Source: Candidatus Limnocylindria bacterium (GTDB lineage Bacteria > Chloroflexota > Limnocylindria > QHBO01). From it: a stretch of DNA of 64,000 nt. The first letter of the stretch is position 1; each line of letters begins with the position of its first letter. A program made the translations under genes and the position numbers. The notes under the pieces are model-generated. The model saw only the letters and a list, made by a program, of their open reading frames with translations, ran no database searches and had not been told where the DNA came from. The stretch is from contig DATBRU010000019.1 of the NCBI GenBank assembly GCA_036560105.1, positions 22,252 to 86,251 of the forward strand. The letters run 5' to 3'. Positions 30,605 to 40,731 of the stretch are shown here, piece after piece.

Positions 30605-33069
30605 GGGCCGATGCTACCGGTGGGGGACGCTCCGTGCACTCGCATGACGGTGGACCAGCCCGCATCGGTCCTGACGCGGAAGGTCCGTCCGTCGGTGACG
30701 ACCTCGATGTCGCCGTCCAGGTCGGTGCGGAAGACGGCGGCGCCGGTGAGCTTGGCCAGGGTCTCGGGTGCCGGGTGGCCGTACTCGTTGTCCTCGCCGA
30801 CCGACATGGCGGCGACCGCCGGATCGACTACAGCCAGAAAGCCCGGCGTCGACGACGAGTGTGAGCCGTGGTGGCCGACCTTGAGCAGGTCGACCTGGCC
30901 AAGCACGTCACGCGCGACGAGCAGATCCTCGACCGGAGCCTCGGCATCGCCGGTCAGGAGCGTTGTGAACCCGCCGAACGTCACCTCCAGCACGACCGAC
31001 CCGTTGTTGATGTCCCCGTCGGGGAGCGGCGCGGCCGCATCGGCGTCGGAGGGGTAGAGCACGCGGATCGAGGTCGTTCCGTCGAGTGCGATTGCCTGCC
31101 CCGCACGGGCGAGCACGATCGGGACGCCACCGTCGGTCGCATCGGCCAGGAGGCGCCTGAACGACGGGTTGTCGAAGTCGATCCCCGCATGGAGGATCGC
31201 GCCGATGCGGAACCGCCCGAGCACTTCGACCAGCCCGGCCACGTGGTCCTGGTGGGGGTGGCTGAGCACCAGCAGATCGATCCGACGCGCGAAGAACGGC
31301 AGGTTCGCCCCGATGCGTCGCAGGGTGAGCTCCGGGTCTGGCCCGCCATCGACGAGCATCGTGGCTCCGCCGGGAGCCTCGACCAGGATCGCATCACCCT
31401 GCCCGATGTCGAGCGTGGTGACGTGCAGCAGCCCATCGGGTCGGCCGGCGACGGTGATTGCGCCAAGGAGCACGACCAGGGCGACGAGGATCGGGAGCGG
31501 GCGAAGGGCCTTCGCCGCCGCGCGACCGAGGCGACCCGGCTCCGGATCCGGCCGTGGGCGCTCGTCGGCCGGTGCCTCGCCGCGCAGCGCCCAGGCGCCG
31601 AGGGCGAGGATGGGAAACCAGGCGACGGCAAACGGCGGCGGGACCTGGACGTCGACCGCCGCGAGCGGCACGGATGCCGCGGCCATCCCGAGCGTCACGA
31701 TCACGAGAAGCGACAGCCAGGCGGCGCCGCCGGCTATCCAGGTCACCGCGTCGCCGAGGAGAGCCACATGCACCACGCCGTCGAGGCAACCGGCCACGGA
31801 GGCCACCGCGCTGAAGAGCATGGCGAGCGGCACGAACGGCACGACGAGCACGTTGGCGACCGGCGCGATCAGCGACAGCCGCTCGAAGTTGACGAGGATG
31901 ACCGGCAGCGTGGTGAGCTGCGCCGCGAGCGTGAGCGCGATCGGCTCGCGAATCCATCCGGGCCATCTCGGAAGCCGCCGTTCGACCGAGGCGCCGAACC
32001 AGATGAGCCCGGCGGTCGCGAGAAGCGAGAGCTGGAAGCCCACGTCCCACAGCACCGGCGGCGCGGCGATCAGCATGATCAGGGCGGCCATCGCCAGCGC
32101 CGACGCGGCGTGCGCACGTGATCCGCCCAGGCGGCCGACGAGCATGGCTCCGGCCATGAGCGCGGCCCGCACGACCGACGGACTGGCGCCGGTCAGCATG
32201 ACGTAGCCGCCGACCGTGGCTGCCGCGATCACCGCGGTCGTCCATCTGCCGCCCGGGCGGCTGGACAGCGGGCTCACCACGGCCGCCACGAGCGCCGCGA
32301 CGATCGCGATGTTCCAGCCGCTGATGGCGACGACGTGCGTCAGTCCGGCGGCCGCGAAGGCGTCGCTGATCTCAGGTGCGATCGACGCTCGGACACCGAG
32401 GAGGATCCCCGCCCCAAGGGCCGCCTCGGGCTCCGGAACGAGGTCGTTGAGGCCACCGAGCAGCGCGCTCCGCACCGATGCCAGTGCCCCCGCGGGTCCG
32501 CCGTCGCCCGCGATCACGTCCGCGGAGCGGGCGCGCGCGATGGCGCCGATGCCCTGCCGCGCGAGGTACTCTCGGTACGCGAAGCCCTCGAAGTCCTCCG
32601 CCAGCTCGACCTCCGAGCTGACCCGAAGCCGATCGCCGCTGGCCGCATCGATCCCGCGCGGCAGCCAGACGAGCAGCCGGCCCGAAAGGTGCGTTGGCTC
32701 GGCCCCTCCGATCACCCAGACCTCGCCCAGCACGAGCTGGAGACGATGGCCGCGAGGGCGCGGGTCGTCCATGACGGTGCCGACGATGTCGTGGTCCCCG
32801 CCATCGACCAGGCTCGCCACGGAGTGCGACCCGTCCACGACCGACCCGTCTGCTTCGCCTCGCCAGGCGCCCGCTCCGGCACCTGCGACGGCGACGCCGA
32901 GCACCGCGACCCACGCCAGCTGGCCCCCGCCCGCCCGCGCGACGAGCAGGAGAGCCACTCCGACGGCGACGAGCACCGCGACGGGGAGGCCACCCAGCGC
33001 ATCGGTCGCAAGAATGCCGCCCGCGACCCCGCTCAGCGCCGCGGGCAGTACGAAGCGCGCGGCGCCCAT
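30310..33069 (-). CDS. comEC: DNA internalization competence protein ComEC/Rec2 (membrane domain plus metallo-beta-lactamase domain)
   Basis: Polytopic N-terminal domain. MBL motifs HPHQDHVAG and KVGHHGSHSS. The last ~97 codons are R/S-rich, overlap the HD gene and are probably not genuine protein. Confidence 0.85.
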   Translation of the reverse strand: MGAARFVLPAALSGVAGGILATDALGGLPVAVLVAVGVALLLVARAGGGQLAWVAVLGVAVAGAGAGAWRGEADGSVVDGSHSVASLVDGGDHDIVGTVMDDPRPRGHRLQLVLGEVWVIGGAEPTHLSGRLLVWLPRGIDAASGDRLRVSSEVELAEDFEGFAYREYLARQGIGAIARARSADVIAGDGGPAGALASVRSALLGGLNDLVPEPEAALGAGILLGVRASIAPEISDAFAAAGLTHVVAISGWNIAIVAALVAAVVSPLSSRPGGRWTTAVIAAATVGGYVMLTGASPSVVRAALMAGAMLVGRLGGSRAHAASALAMAALIMLIAAPPVLWDVGFQLSLLATAGLIWFGASVERRLPRWPGWIREPIALTLAAQLTTLPVILVNFERLSLIAPVANVLVVPFVPLAMLFSAVASVAGCLDGVVHVALLGDAVTWIAGGAAWLSLLVIVTLGMAAASVPLAAVDVQVPPPFAVAWFPILALGAWALRGEAPADERPRPDPEPGRLGRAAAKALRPLPILVALVVLLGAITVAGRPDGLLHVTTLDIGQGDAILVEAPGGATMLVDGGPDPELTLRRIGANLPFFARRIDLLVLSHPHQDHVAGLVEVLGRFRIGAILHAGIDFDNPSFRRLLADATDGGVPIVLARAGQAIALDGTTSIRVLYPSDADAAAPLPDGDINNGSVVLEVTFGGFTTLLTGDAEAPVEDLLVARDVLGQVDLLKVGHHGSHSSSTPGFLAVVDPAVAAMSVGEDNEYGHPAPETLAKLTGAAVFRTDLDGDIEVVTDGRTFRVRTDAGWSTVMRVHGASPTGSIGPWPFRIDSPRSACSTRPDCPTGSWSIRAGSPAWPWPRQGSSPRRRSRSTARWSRQRHSCTTSTRSRSGARGASTGSSARGGSKLPDTRSSRCRSPPTR

Positions 33070-33072
33070 GTC

Positions 33073-33759
33073 TCAGGCCGCGGTCGCCAGCCCGGTGATG
33101 TCCTCCAGCTGACCGTTGTGAATGACCCCGCGGTCGACCATGTCCTGGAGCGAACTGAACGGCCGCTCCTGGCGCGCGGCGACGATCTTCTGAACCGTCA
33201 CAGCGCCGATGCCCGGCAGCGCCTCGAGCTCCTCCGGCGTAGCCGTGTTGACGTTGACGAGGCTTCCTGCCGACGCGCCGCCGGCCGCCTCAGCCGATGG
33301 GGCGGCCGCGACTCCCTCGCCGATGCGAGGTACGCGCACCTGCTGGCCGTCCACGAGCGGCTGCGCGAGGTTGAGGTCCGCCGCCGCATCGAGGTCAGCG
33401 TCTGTGGCGTAGCCGCCCGCGGCCGCGATGGCATCGGCAACGCGCGATCCGGACACCAGCTCGTGAACCCCCGGCTCGGCCACCGCCCCCTCCACGTCCA
33501 CCACGATGATCCCCGTCAGGGCGACCGCTGACGACGGGCCGGGCGCCGAGGAGACGGTCAGCAGGCCGCCCGGGTCATCGATGCCGGCTTCCTGCCCCCC
33601 GGTCGGCGCAAGGAGGACGAACGCGGCCGCGACGGCCAGGGCGAGGGCGCCGCCACCGGCGGCGATGAGCATGCGATCCGATCGAGCCAATGGAGCCTCC
33701 CGCATGGAGGCGAGCACGAGCGAAGGTGTGTCTGCGTCCGAAACCCGGCGTCCGGGCAC
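33073..33759 (-). CDS. comEA: ComEA-like DNA-binding competence protein (helix-hairpin-helix)
   Basis: TM anchor followed by C-terminal VNVNTATPEELEALPGIGAVTVQKIVAAR (HhH). It sits 3 nt upstream of comEC. Confidence 0.75.
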   Translation of the reverse strand: MPGRRVSDADTPSLVLASMREAPLARSDRMLIAAGGGALALAVAAAFVLLAPTGGQEAGIDDPGGLLTVSSAPGPSSAVALTGIIVVDVEGAVAEPGVHELVSGSRVADAIAAAGGYATDADLDAAADLNLAQPLVDGQQVRVPRIGEGVAAAPSAEAAGGASAGSLVNVNTATPEELEALPGIGAVTVQKIVAARQERPFSSLQDMVDRGVIHNGQLEDITGLATAA

Positions 33760-33828
33760 TCGACGCCGGGCTCCGGAAGCAGGACTGCAGCCTAGGCCAT
33801 CGGCCCTTATCGGTCGGTTACCGCCGCA

Positions 33829-36315
33829 TTACCGTGGCGTGACGACGTTGACCAGGCGGCCGGGGATCTGGATCACCTTCGCCGGAGCCTGTCCCCCGAG
33901 GTAACGCTGGACGTGCACAGAAGCCAGCGCCATGCGCTCGATCTCCTCGGCCGGCGTGTCGGGCGTGACGACCAGGCGATCGCGCAGCTTGCCGTCGACC
34001 TGCACCGGCAGCTCGATCGTCTCGGTGGCGGTCAGCGCCGCATCGGCGATCGGCCAGCTCTGGGTGTGGACGCTGTACGCGTGGCCTCGTCGCTCCCACA
34101 GCTCCTCCGCCGTGTGCGGGGTGAACGGGGCCATCAGCAGCAGCAGGGTGTCGGCCGCCTCGGCATAGGCCGCCGTTCCGGCCAGCCCTGCCTCGCGAGC
34201 GCGCACCAGGGCGTTCGTCAGCTCCATCAGCCGGCTGATGGCCGTGTTGAAGTGCATCTCCGCGATGTCGTCGGTCACCTCGCCGGTGGCGACGTGCGCC
34301 GCGCGCCGCAACGCGCGCTCGGTCTCGGGATCGGCGACGTCCGCCGGCCCCTCGGTCACGACGGCCGCGCCCCAGGCGCGGCTCAGCCAGCGATGGATGC
34401 CATCGATGCCCGACGGGTTCCAGGGTCCGCCCTGGTCCCACGGGCCGATGAACATCAGGAACGCGCGGACGGTGTCCGCGCCGTAGCGCTCGACCAGCTC
34501 GTCGGGAGCCTGCACGTTGCCGCGCGACTTGCTCATCCGATTGTGATCGGCGCCGAGGATCTGGCCCTGGTTGCGCAGCTTCAGCGTCGGCTCGTCGAGC
34601 CCCACCAATCCCAGGTCACGCAGCGCCTTGGTGAAGAAGCGGAAGTACATCAGGTGCATCACCGCGTGCTCCGCTCCGCCGGTGTACAGGTGGACCGGCA
34701 TCCACTCGTCGACCTTCGCCCGATCGAACGGGGCGGCGTCGTCATGCGGGGAGCAGTAGCGCAGGAAATACCAGCTCGAGTCGACGAAGGTGTCCATGGT
34801 GTCGGTCTCGCGCCGGGCGGCGGCGCCGCAGACCGGACACTCGGCGTGCAGGAACGCGGCGTGGGACTGCAGCGGACTGACGCCGGTCGGTGCGAAGTCC
34901 ACATCCGTCGGCAGCACCACGGGCAGCTGCTCGTCGGGCACGGGCTGGGCACCGTGCTCGTCGCAGTAGATGATCGGGATCGGCGCGCCCCAGTAGCGCT
35001 GGCGCCCTGCCACCCAGTCGCGCTGGCGGTACGTCACCGCGAACTGCCCCTGCCCGCGTTCCTCGAGCGCCCGCGTGATGGCGCCGATGGCCTCCGCGGC
35101 GGGCATGCCGCTGAACTCGCCCGAGTCGATGAGCACCTCGTCGGCGCTGTGCCCGACCAGCGCCTCGCCCTCGGGCAGCGGGCCTGAAGCCGGCGCGACC
35201 ACGTAGCGGATCGGCAGGTCGAACTTCCGCGCGAACTCGTAGTCGCGCTCGTCGTGGGCGGGGACGGCCATGATCGCGCCGGTGCCGTAACCGGGCAGGA
35301 CGTAGTCGGCGATCCAGATCGGGATGCGCTCGGAGGTCATCGGGTTGACGGCGTAGGCGCCGATGAAGACCCCGGTCTTCTCGCGCTCGGTGTTCAGGCG
35401 CTCGATCTCGGTCTCGCGACGCGCGCTGGCGACGTAGGCCTCGACATCCGCGCGGCGATCGTCCGTGGTCAGCACCGTTACCAGCGCGTGCTCAGGCGCC
35501 AGCACCATGAAGGTCGCCCCGAACACCGTGTCGGGCCGGGTCGTGAACACTCGGATCGGCTCGACGTCGTCGGGCTCGGTGGGGAAGTCGATCTCGGCGC
35601 CCTCGGACCGGCCGATCCAGTTCGTCTGCATCGCCTTGATCGGCTCGGGGTAGTCGAGGCCGTCGAAGTTCAGGAGCTCGTCGCTGTAGCTCGTGATGCG
35701 GAAGTACCACTGCTCGAGGTCGCGCTTCTCGACCTGGGTGTTGCATCGCCAGCAGCGCCGCTCGGTGCCCACGACCTGCTCGCGGGCCAGCACGACCTTG
35801 TCCTTCGGGCACCAGTCGACCGCGCCCATCGCCTTGTAGGCGAGGCCTGCCTCGTACAGCTTCAGGAACAGCCACTGCTGCCAGCGGTAGTAGTCGGGGT
35901 CGCAGGTCACGACCTCGCGCGTCCAGTCGAAGCTGGCGCCCATCAGCCGCATCTGCCGCCGCATCGTGTCGATGTTCGCGAACGTCCACGTCGCGGGGTG
36001 GATGTTGCGATCGATCGCCGCGTTCTCCGCCGGCAGCCCAAACCCGTCGAAGCCCATCGGGAACATCACGTTGTAGCCCTGCATCCGATGCATGCGGGCG
36101 ACGATGTCCGGCCCGGTCATCGCGAACCAATGGCCGATGTGCAGGTCGCCGGACGGGTATGGATACATGGTCAGGTCGTACCGCTTCGGGCGGGGATCGT
36201 CGTCGCGCGCGACGTATAGCTCGTCCACCTCCCAGCGGTCGCGCCACTTCTGCTCGAACGTGGAAGGATCGAAGCGTTCCGGCCGCTGCGTCCGTGCCGG
36301 CGCGTCGGTGGTCAT
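33829..36315 (-). CDS. leuS: leucine--tRNA ligase
   Basis: HIGH-type motif (PSGDLHIGHWF) and KMSKS (NRMSKSRGN). Start at MTTDAPA with AGGAGA RBS; ATGA overlap with the upstream GNAT stop. Confidence 0.9.
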   Translation of the reverse strand: MTTDAPARTQRPERFDPSTFEQKWRDRWEVDELYVARDDDPRPKRYDLTMYPYPSGDLHIGHWFAMTGPDIVARMHRMQGYNVMFPMGFDGFGLPAENAAIDRNIHPATWTFANIDTMRRQMRLMGASFDWTREVVTCDPDYYRWQQWLFLKLYEAGLAYKAMGAVDWCPKDKVVLAREQVVGTERRCWRCNTQVEKRDLEQWYFRITSYSDELLNFDGLDYPEPIKAMQTNWIGRSEGAEIDFPTEPDDVEPIRVFTTRPDTVFGATFMVLAPEHALVTVLTTDDRRADVEAYVASARRETEIERLNTEREKTGVFIGAYAVNPMTSERIPIWIADYVLPGYGTGAIMAVPAHDERDYEFARKFDLPIRYVVAPASGPLPEGEALVGHSADEVLIDSGEFSGMPAAEAIGAITRALEERGQGQFAVTYRQRDWVAGRQRYWGAPIPIIYCDEHGAQPVPDEQLPVVLPTDVDFAPTGVSPLQSHAAFLHAECPVCGAAARRETDTMDTFVDSSWYFLRYCSPHDDAAPFDRAKVDEWMPVHLYTGGAEHAVMHLMYFRFFTKALRDLGLVGLDEPTLKLRNQGQILGADHNRMSKSRGNVQAPDELVERYGADTVRAFLMFIGPWDQGGPWNPSGIDGIHRWLSRAWGAAVVTEGPADVADPETERALRRAAHVATGEVTDDIAEMHFNTAISRLMELTNALVRAREAGLAGTAAYAEAADTLLLLMAPFTPHTAEELWERRGHAYSVHTQSWPIADAALTATETIELPVQVDGKLRDRLVVTPDTPAEEIERMALASVHVQRYLGGQAPAKVIQIPGRLVNVVTPR

Positions 36316-36900
36316 CGGTCGTTCTCCTGCGGATCTGGCGCGAACCACGCCATCAGGACCTCGTCGCGGAACGCGTTGCCGGTGCGGTACTGCCCGCGAC
36401 GCAGGCCCTCACTGACGAAGCCGCGCTTGGTGTAGACCGCGATCGCCCGCTCGTTGTCCGGGAAGACCCCCAGTGAGAGCTTGCGCAGCCCACGATCGAT
36501 GGCCCAGCGCTGCGCGGCGCCCACCAGCTCGGAGCCGATGCCGACCTCGCGCCAGCCATCGGCGATCGTGATGGACAGGACGCCGATGTGCTCGGTTGCG
36601 ACGCCTCGATCCACGGTGACGAGGACGTTGCCGACCACCTCGGCATCGGACTCGGCGACCAGCACGAGGTGCTCGTCGGCGCGGATCATCTCGCTGATCC
36701 AAAAGGCCTCCGAGGGCTCGCTGACCGCGCCGGGTGTGGTGATGAGCCAGCGGCCCTCGCGGCGAACCGCGGCGAACAGCCGGGCCAGGCCGCGGCCGTC
36801 GGTCGGGCGCCCGGGACGCAGCGTCCAGCTGCGGCCATCTCGTGCCGTCTTTGTCTCACCGCTGCCGGTCATGATCATCGTCGTGCGTGCCTCGGACATG
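36312..36900 (-). CDS. GNAT family N-acetyltransferase
   Basis: Acetyl-CoA binding region (VGIGSELVGAAQRWAIDRGLRKLSL); start trimmed to MSEARTT. Confidence 0.65.
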
Positions 36901-36906
36901 CAACGA

Positions 36907-36939
36907 GCCCCTCCGTCGTCAGGACGAAGGGGCTCACTC
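36907..36939 (-). terminator. GC-rich hairpin (about 13-bp stem, GTCAG loop) immediately downstream of tRNA-Ala
   Basis: GAGCCCCTCCGTC-GTCAG-GACGAAGGGGCTC with one mismatch, located between the tRNA 3' end and the GNAT start. Confidence 0.4.
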
Positions 36940-36985
36940 TTCGCGGTACCACCTGAGCTTGACCGCCGGTTCCTGCTGATGGAGG

Positions 36986-37061
36986 TGGTGGAGCTGGGGG
37001 GACTCGAACCCCCGACCCCCTGCATGCCATGCAGGTGCTCTCCCAGCTGAGCTACAACCCC
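36986..37061 (-). tRNA. tRNA-Ala (anticodon GGC), CCA encoded
   Basis: Reverse complement GGGGTTGTAGCTCAGCTGGGAGAGCACCTGCATGGCATGCAGGGGGTCGGGGGTTCGAGTCCCCCAGCTCCACCA: G3:U70 Ala identity pair, anticodon loop AT-GGC-AT, GTTCGAGTC T-loop. Confidence 0.85.
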
Positions 37062-37284
37062 ACGGATTCCGTCGGTCCACTCGTCGGCGCTGTATCGGTC
37101 GCCACTCGGCCCGGCTCGTCACCGGGCTGCTCAACGGGCGAGTTCCACGCTCCTCCGTTCGCCGGCTTCCACCGTCCCGGCTCGCTTGTGAAGGAGTTGC
37201 GGCGCGTACTGCTCCCGCGTCAACGCATCGATTTCGAGGATAGCACAGGCGTTCGGTCCGCCTCAATCGCCCGCCCGCGTTGGC

Positions 37285-37821
37285 TCAGTCGCTCGGGTCG
37301 TCACCTGGATGCTCGAATGACGCGAGCACGACGACGAACGCGACCATCGGCCGTGCAAGCAGCAGGAGGAGAAGCCACTGGTAGGCGGCGACGGTGGCCC
37401 AGATGATCCCGGCGCCGGCCGCGAGCACGATGAGGAAGTTGAGCAGGCCGATGAAAACGGCCCAGCCGCGGCCGATCGGAAGGCCACGCGCCATCTGGCG
37501 CCGCACGAGGACGAACACGAACGCGACCTGGTAGGCGATCACCGACGCGCTCAGGATCCGGACCGCGGTCTCGGATGAGCCGATGGTGGTGGACATCGGC
37601 ACGACGGCCAACGCGAAGAGCGCGTTCGCGAAGCTGAACTCGACGATCTCGCGCAGCCTGAAGCGGTCCATGGCGCTGAACTGGCCGGCGCTGCCACGCC
37701 GCAGGGTCGCGACGAGGCCGGCGAGGCCGGCAAGGCTCAGGTTGAGCCCTGCGACGGCGAACATGTAGGTCGCTTCCGGGATCACAACCAGCAGCCCTCG
37801 GTGCGTCAGCCTGCACATCAT
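37285..37821 (-). CDS. hypothetical integral membrane protein
   Basis: Five or six hydrophobic helices; divergent from the TetR gene. The start may be the internal MFAVAGL. Confidence 0.5.
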   Translation of the reverse strand: MMCRLTHRGLLVVIPEATYMFAVAGLNLSLAGLAGLVATLRRGSAGQFSAMDRFRLREIVEFSFANALFALAVVPMSTTIGSSETAVRILSASVIAYQVAFVFVLVRRQMARGLPIGRGWAVFIGLLNFLIVLAAGAGIIWATVAAYQWLLLLLLARPMVAFVVVLASFEHPGDDPSD

Positions 37822-37879
37822 GCCGCCGGACGCGGTGGCGTCAATCGGGCGCCGGCGCGAGGCCGGTTGGCGTGTTGGC

Positions 37880-37925
37880 CCCTGGTGTTGACACGAATCG
37901 TATATTCACAATATGACTCGTATTG
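37880..37925 (+). promoter_or_regulatory. AT-rich promoter/operator region of the TetR gene, with TTGACA and the dyad CGTATT-GCG-AATACG overlapping the start codon
   Basis: ttgacacgaatcgtatattcacaATGACTCGTATTGCGAATACGG; the AT content is conspicuous in a GC-rich genome. Confidence 0.35.
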
Positions 37926-38521
37926 CGAATACGGACGGGCGCACGTATCGGAGCGAGCTGCGAGCGCGGCAGGCCGAGGGCACCAGGTCGCTGATCCTCG
38001 AGGCGTTGATCCGAGTCATGGCCGGCGGCGTCGCATCCGTCTCGATCCCGGCGGTCGCACGCGAGGCCGGCGTGTCGGTCCCCACGGTCTACCGGCACTT
38101 CCGGACCAAGAGCGACCTGTTCGCGGCGCTCTACCCTCACGTCGTGTATCGCGGCGCGATGGTTCAGCTGCCCCTGCCCGATTCGCTGGACGGGTTCGGT
38201 GCCGGGCTCCGGAAGCAGTTCACCAGCCTCGACGCGATTGGCGACCTGGAGCGCGCGGCAATGCTCAGCCCGGCCGGCGAGGAGGCGCGGCGCTCCAACA
38301 TGCCGAGTCGAGTCGCGAGGACGCGCGCGCTGGCCGACGCCATCGTCCCGGCAGGCTCGACCATCGACCGGGAGCGCCTCACCCGGCTCCTGGTGGTTCT
38401 GTCCGGCAGCGCGGCATTCCGAACGTGGCGCGACCACCTGGGCTGCTCGCCCGAAGAAGCAGCCGATGACGTGGAATGGGCCGTACGCACGTTGATCGGC
38501 GCGAGCACGAGGAACGATTGA
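37913..38521 (+). CDS. TetR family transcriptional regulator
   Basis: N-terminal HTH (SIPAVAREAGVSVPTVYRHFRTKSDLF). Its stop overlaps the start of the downstream gene (TGATG). Confidence 0.8.
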   Translation: MTRIANTDGRTYRSELRARQAEGTRSLILEALIRVMAGGVASVSIPAVAREAGVSVPTVYRHFRTKSDLFAALYPHVVYRGAMVQLPLPDSLDGFGAGLRKQFTSLDAIGDLERAAMLSPAGEEARRSNMPSRVARTRALADAIVPAGSTIDRERLTRLLVVLSGSAAFRTWRDHLGCSPEEAADDVEWAVRTLIGASTRND

Positions 38522-40701
38522 TGGGCTCCAACGGCATCCTGCGGCTGGCAGACGTGCGCTCTGCCGACACCCCGGTCGTGGGCGGCAAGGCGGCGGGGCT
38601 TGGCGAACTGTCCGCAATCGATGCGCGCGTGCCGGATGGCCTGGTGCTGACCGCCGATGGAGCGGCCCTGCCGTCGGATCGCCGGGATGCCTTGATCCGC
38701 GAGGCGACGCAGGAGCTCAGCGGCCGGTTCGCCGTTCGATCCAGCGGCATCGGCGAAGACGGCGCCGAGCATTCGTTCGCGGGGATCTTCGATTCGGTGC
38801 TGGACGTGGAGCGCGACGACCTCGGCCCGGCCGTCGATCGGGTGCTGACGAGTGCGGGCAGCGTTCGCGCGGCGGAGTACGCGGCGGGTCCGGGGCGAAT
38901 GGCGGTGATCGTCCAGCGCATGGTGGATCCGGTGGCCGCCGGCGTTGCGCTGACCGCCGATCCGGTGAGCGGCGACCGGGCGAGCTGCGTGGTGACGGCC
39001 GTCCGAGGACTCGGCGATCGCCTGGTGTCCGGGCATGCGGCGGGGGACGAGTGGGTTGTGAGCCAGGGCGCGGCGCGGCCTCGGCGCCGGTCGGAGAAGG
39101 CGATCGACGAGCGCCAGGCGCTGCTGGTCGCCGCGGAGGCGCGTCGCATCGCCGAGGTGCGTGGCACGCCCCAGGACGTGGAGTGGGCGATCGACCGTGA
39201 TGGGACCCTGTGGATGCTCCAGGCCCGGCCGATGACCGCCCTGCCACCGGACGTCTCATGGGAGGCGCCGGCGCGCGGCGCCTACACCCGCTCGCTGCGC
39301 TTCGGGGAGTGGATCTTCGAGCCCGTGACGCCGCTGTTCGAGTCCTGGCTCCTGTCGACTCTCGAGGAACGGCTGCATGCCTGGATCCGCGCGGGCCTCG
39401 GGCAGCGGGCGCCCCTGCCGCACCACGTGGTGGTGAACGGCTGGTATTTCTACTCCATCAACTGGATCTCGCCCGCCAACATGCTTCGCAGCCTGCCCAG
39501 CATCCTCTGGCATGTGGCACGCGATCCGCGGCGCTCGGCAGGCGTGATCCCCTCGGTGGCACGCCACAGCGTCCCCCTGTTCGAGCAGGACTGGCGCCGC
39601 GACCTCCAGCCACGCTACCGCGCGGCTGTTGACGCTGCCGAGGCGCGCGTCGAAGTTGCCGCTCCCGAGGAGCTGCCCGCGCTGATCGACCGGCTTGCGG
39701 ACGCGGCGGGCGAGTACTTCGGCTCGTTGGTGGCCCTTGCCGGTGCGGCCTACAAGCTGGAGATCACCCTGGCCCGCTTCCACCAGCGCCACCTGGCGCA
39801 CATCGTCGGCGACGGGCATCTGCCGCTGCTCGCGGGGTTGGTGGCCCCGCCCGCTCCGCCGCGCCATGCTGTCGTGAGCCTGGACTGGATCCACGCTCCG
39901 GCGCCGCTGGCCGAGGCGGTCGGCGGCGCGACGGCAGTCGGCCACGCGCGGGCCGTGGCGGCGCGGGAGGCCGCCGAGGGCGCCGCCCGCGCGGCCCTGG
40001 CCAGCTCCCCCCGAACGCTCCGCACCTTCGAGCGGCTCCTCGCCGATGCCCAGCACATCGTCCCGATCCGCGAGGAGCAGGTTGCCGAGTTCACGCTGCC
40101 GTGGCCGGTCATGCGCCGCGCGGTGGTGCGCATCGGCGAAGCGCTGGCGGAGCGCGGCGTCGTGAAGGACCCTGACGATGTGTTCTTCCTGGCACGCGAC
40201 GAGGCGCTCGCCGGACTGGCAGGCGCCACCGTTGTCCAACCTGTCGACGTCGAAGCCCGCCGCCGGCTCCGCGCCGAGCAGGCGAGACTGGTGCCTCCAG
40301 TCCTCATCGGCCACCTGGCGCGGCCGGTGCGCAGGTTCTGGGAGGGCTACCCGCGGATGTTCGGCGCCGACCCGTCGGACGAGGCCATCGTCTCCGGCGT
40401 GCCGGCCTCGGCAGGACGTGTCACCGGCCTGGTCCGCGTGATCCGTGGGCCGGAAGAGTTCGACCGGCTCCAGCCCGGCGAGGTCCTGGTCGCGCCGCTC
40501 ACCGCCCCCGCGTGGACGCCGCTGTTCGCCCTCGCGGCGGCAGTCGTGACCGATGTCGGCAGCCCGGCGGCACATGCGTCGATCATCGCGCGCGAGTACG
40601 GCATCCCCGCGGTCGTCGGCTGCGGCGACGCGACCGCCCGACTCCGAACCGGCATGCGCGTGACGGTCGACGGCCGCACGGGGAACGTGGAGCCGGCCTA
40701 G
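38521..40701 (+). CDS. PEP-utilizing enzyme: N-terminal PEP/pyruvate-binding (ATP-grasp) domain plus C-terminal mobile His domain (phosphoenolpyruvate synthase / rifampicin-phosphotransferase-like)
   Basis: N-terminal GGKAAGLGEL; C-terminal ...TDVGSPAAHASIIAREYGIPAVVG... with the phospho-His motif; 726 aa. Confidence 0.8.
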   Translation: MGSNGILRLADVRSADTPVVGGKAAGLGELSAIDARVPDGLVLTADGAALPSDRRDALIREATQELSGRFAVRSSGIGEDGAEHSFAGIFDSVLDVERDDLGPAVDRVLTSAGSVRAAEYAAGPGRMAVIVQRMVDPVAAGVALTADPVSGDRASCVVTAVRGLGDRLVSGHAAGDEWVVSQGAARPRRRSEKAIDERQALLVAAEARRIAEVRGTPQDVEWAIDRDGTLWMLQARPMTALPPDVSWEAPARGAYTRSLRFGEWIFEPVTPLFESWLLSTLEERLHAWIRAGLGQRAPLPHHVVVNGWYFYSINWISPANMLRSLPSILWHVARDPRRSAGVIPSVARHSVPLFEQDWRRDLQPRYRAAVDAAEARVEVAAPEELPALIDRLADAAGEYFGSLVALAGAAYKLEITLARFHQRHLAHIVGDGHLPLLAGLVAPPAPPRHAVVSLDWIHAPAPLAEAVGGATAVGHARAVAAREAAEGAARAALASSPRTLRTFERLLADAQHIVPIREEQVAEFTLPWPVMRRAVVRIGEALAERGVVKDPDDVFFLARDEALAGLAGATVVQPVDVEARRRLRAEQARLVPPVLIGHLARPVRRFWEGYPRMFGADPSDEAIVSGVPASAGRVTGLVRVIRGPEEFDRLQPGEVLVAPLTAPAWTPLFALAAAVVTDVGSPAAHASIIAREYGIPAVVGCGDATARLRTGMRVTVDGRTGNVEPA

Positions 40702-40731
40702 GCATCCCGCTGCGGCTCGTGGCCGAGAATC

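Noticed and set aside
37029-37406. 125-aa plus-strand ORF and 110-aa minus-strand ORF over 36934-37266
   Set aside because: Both overlap the tRNA-Ala(GGC) gene and its flanks and have no coding signal.
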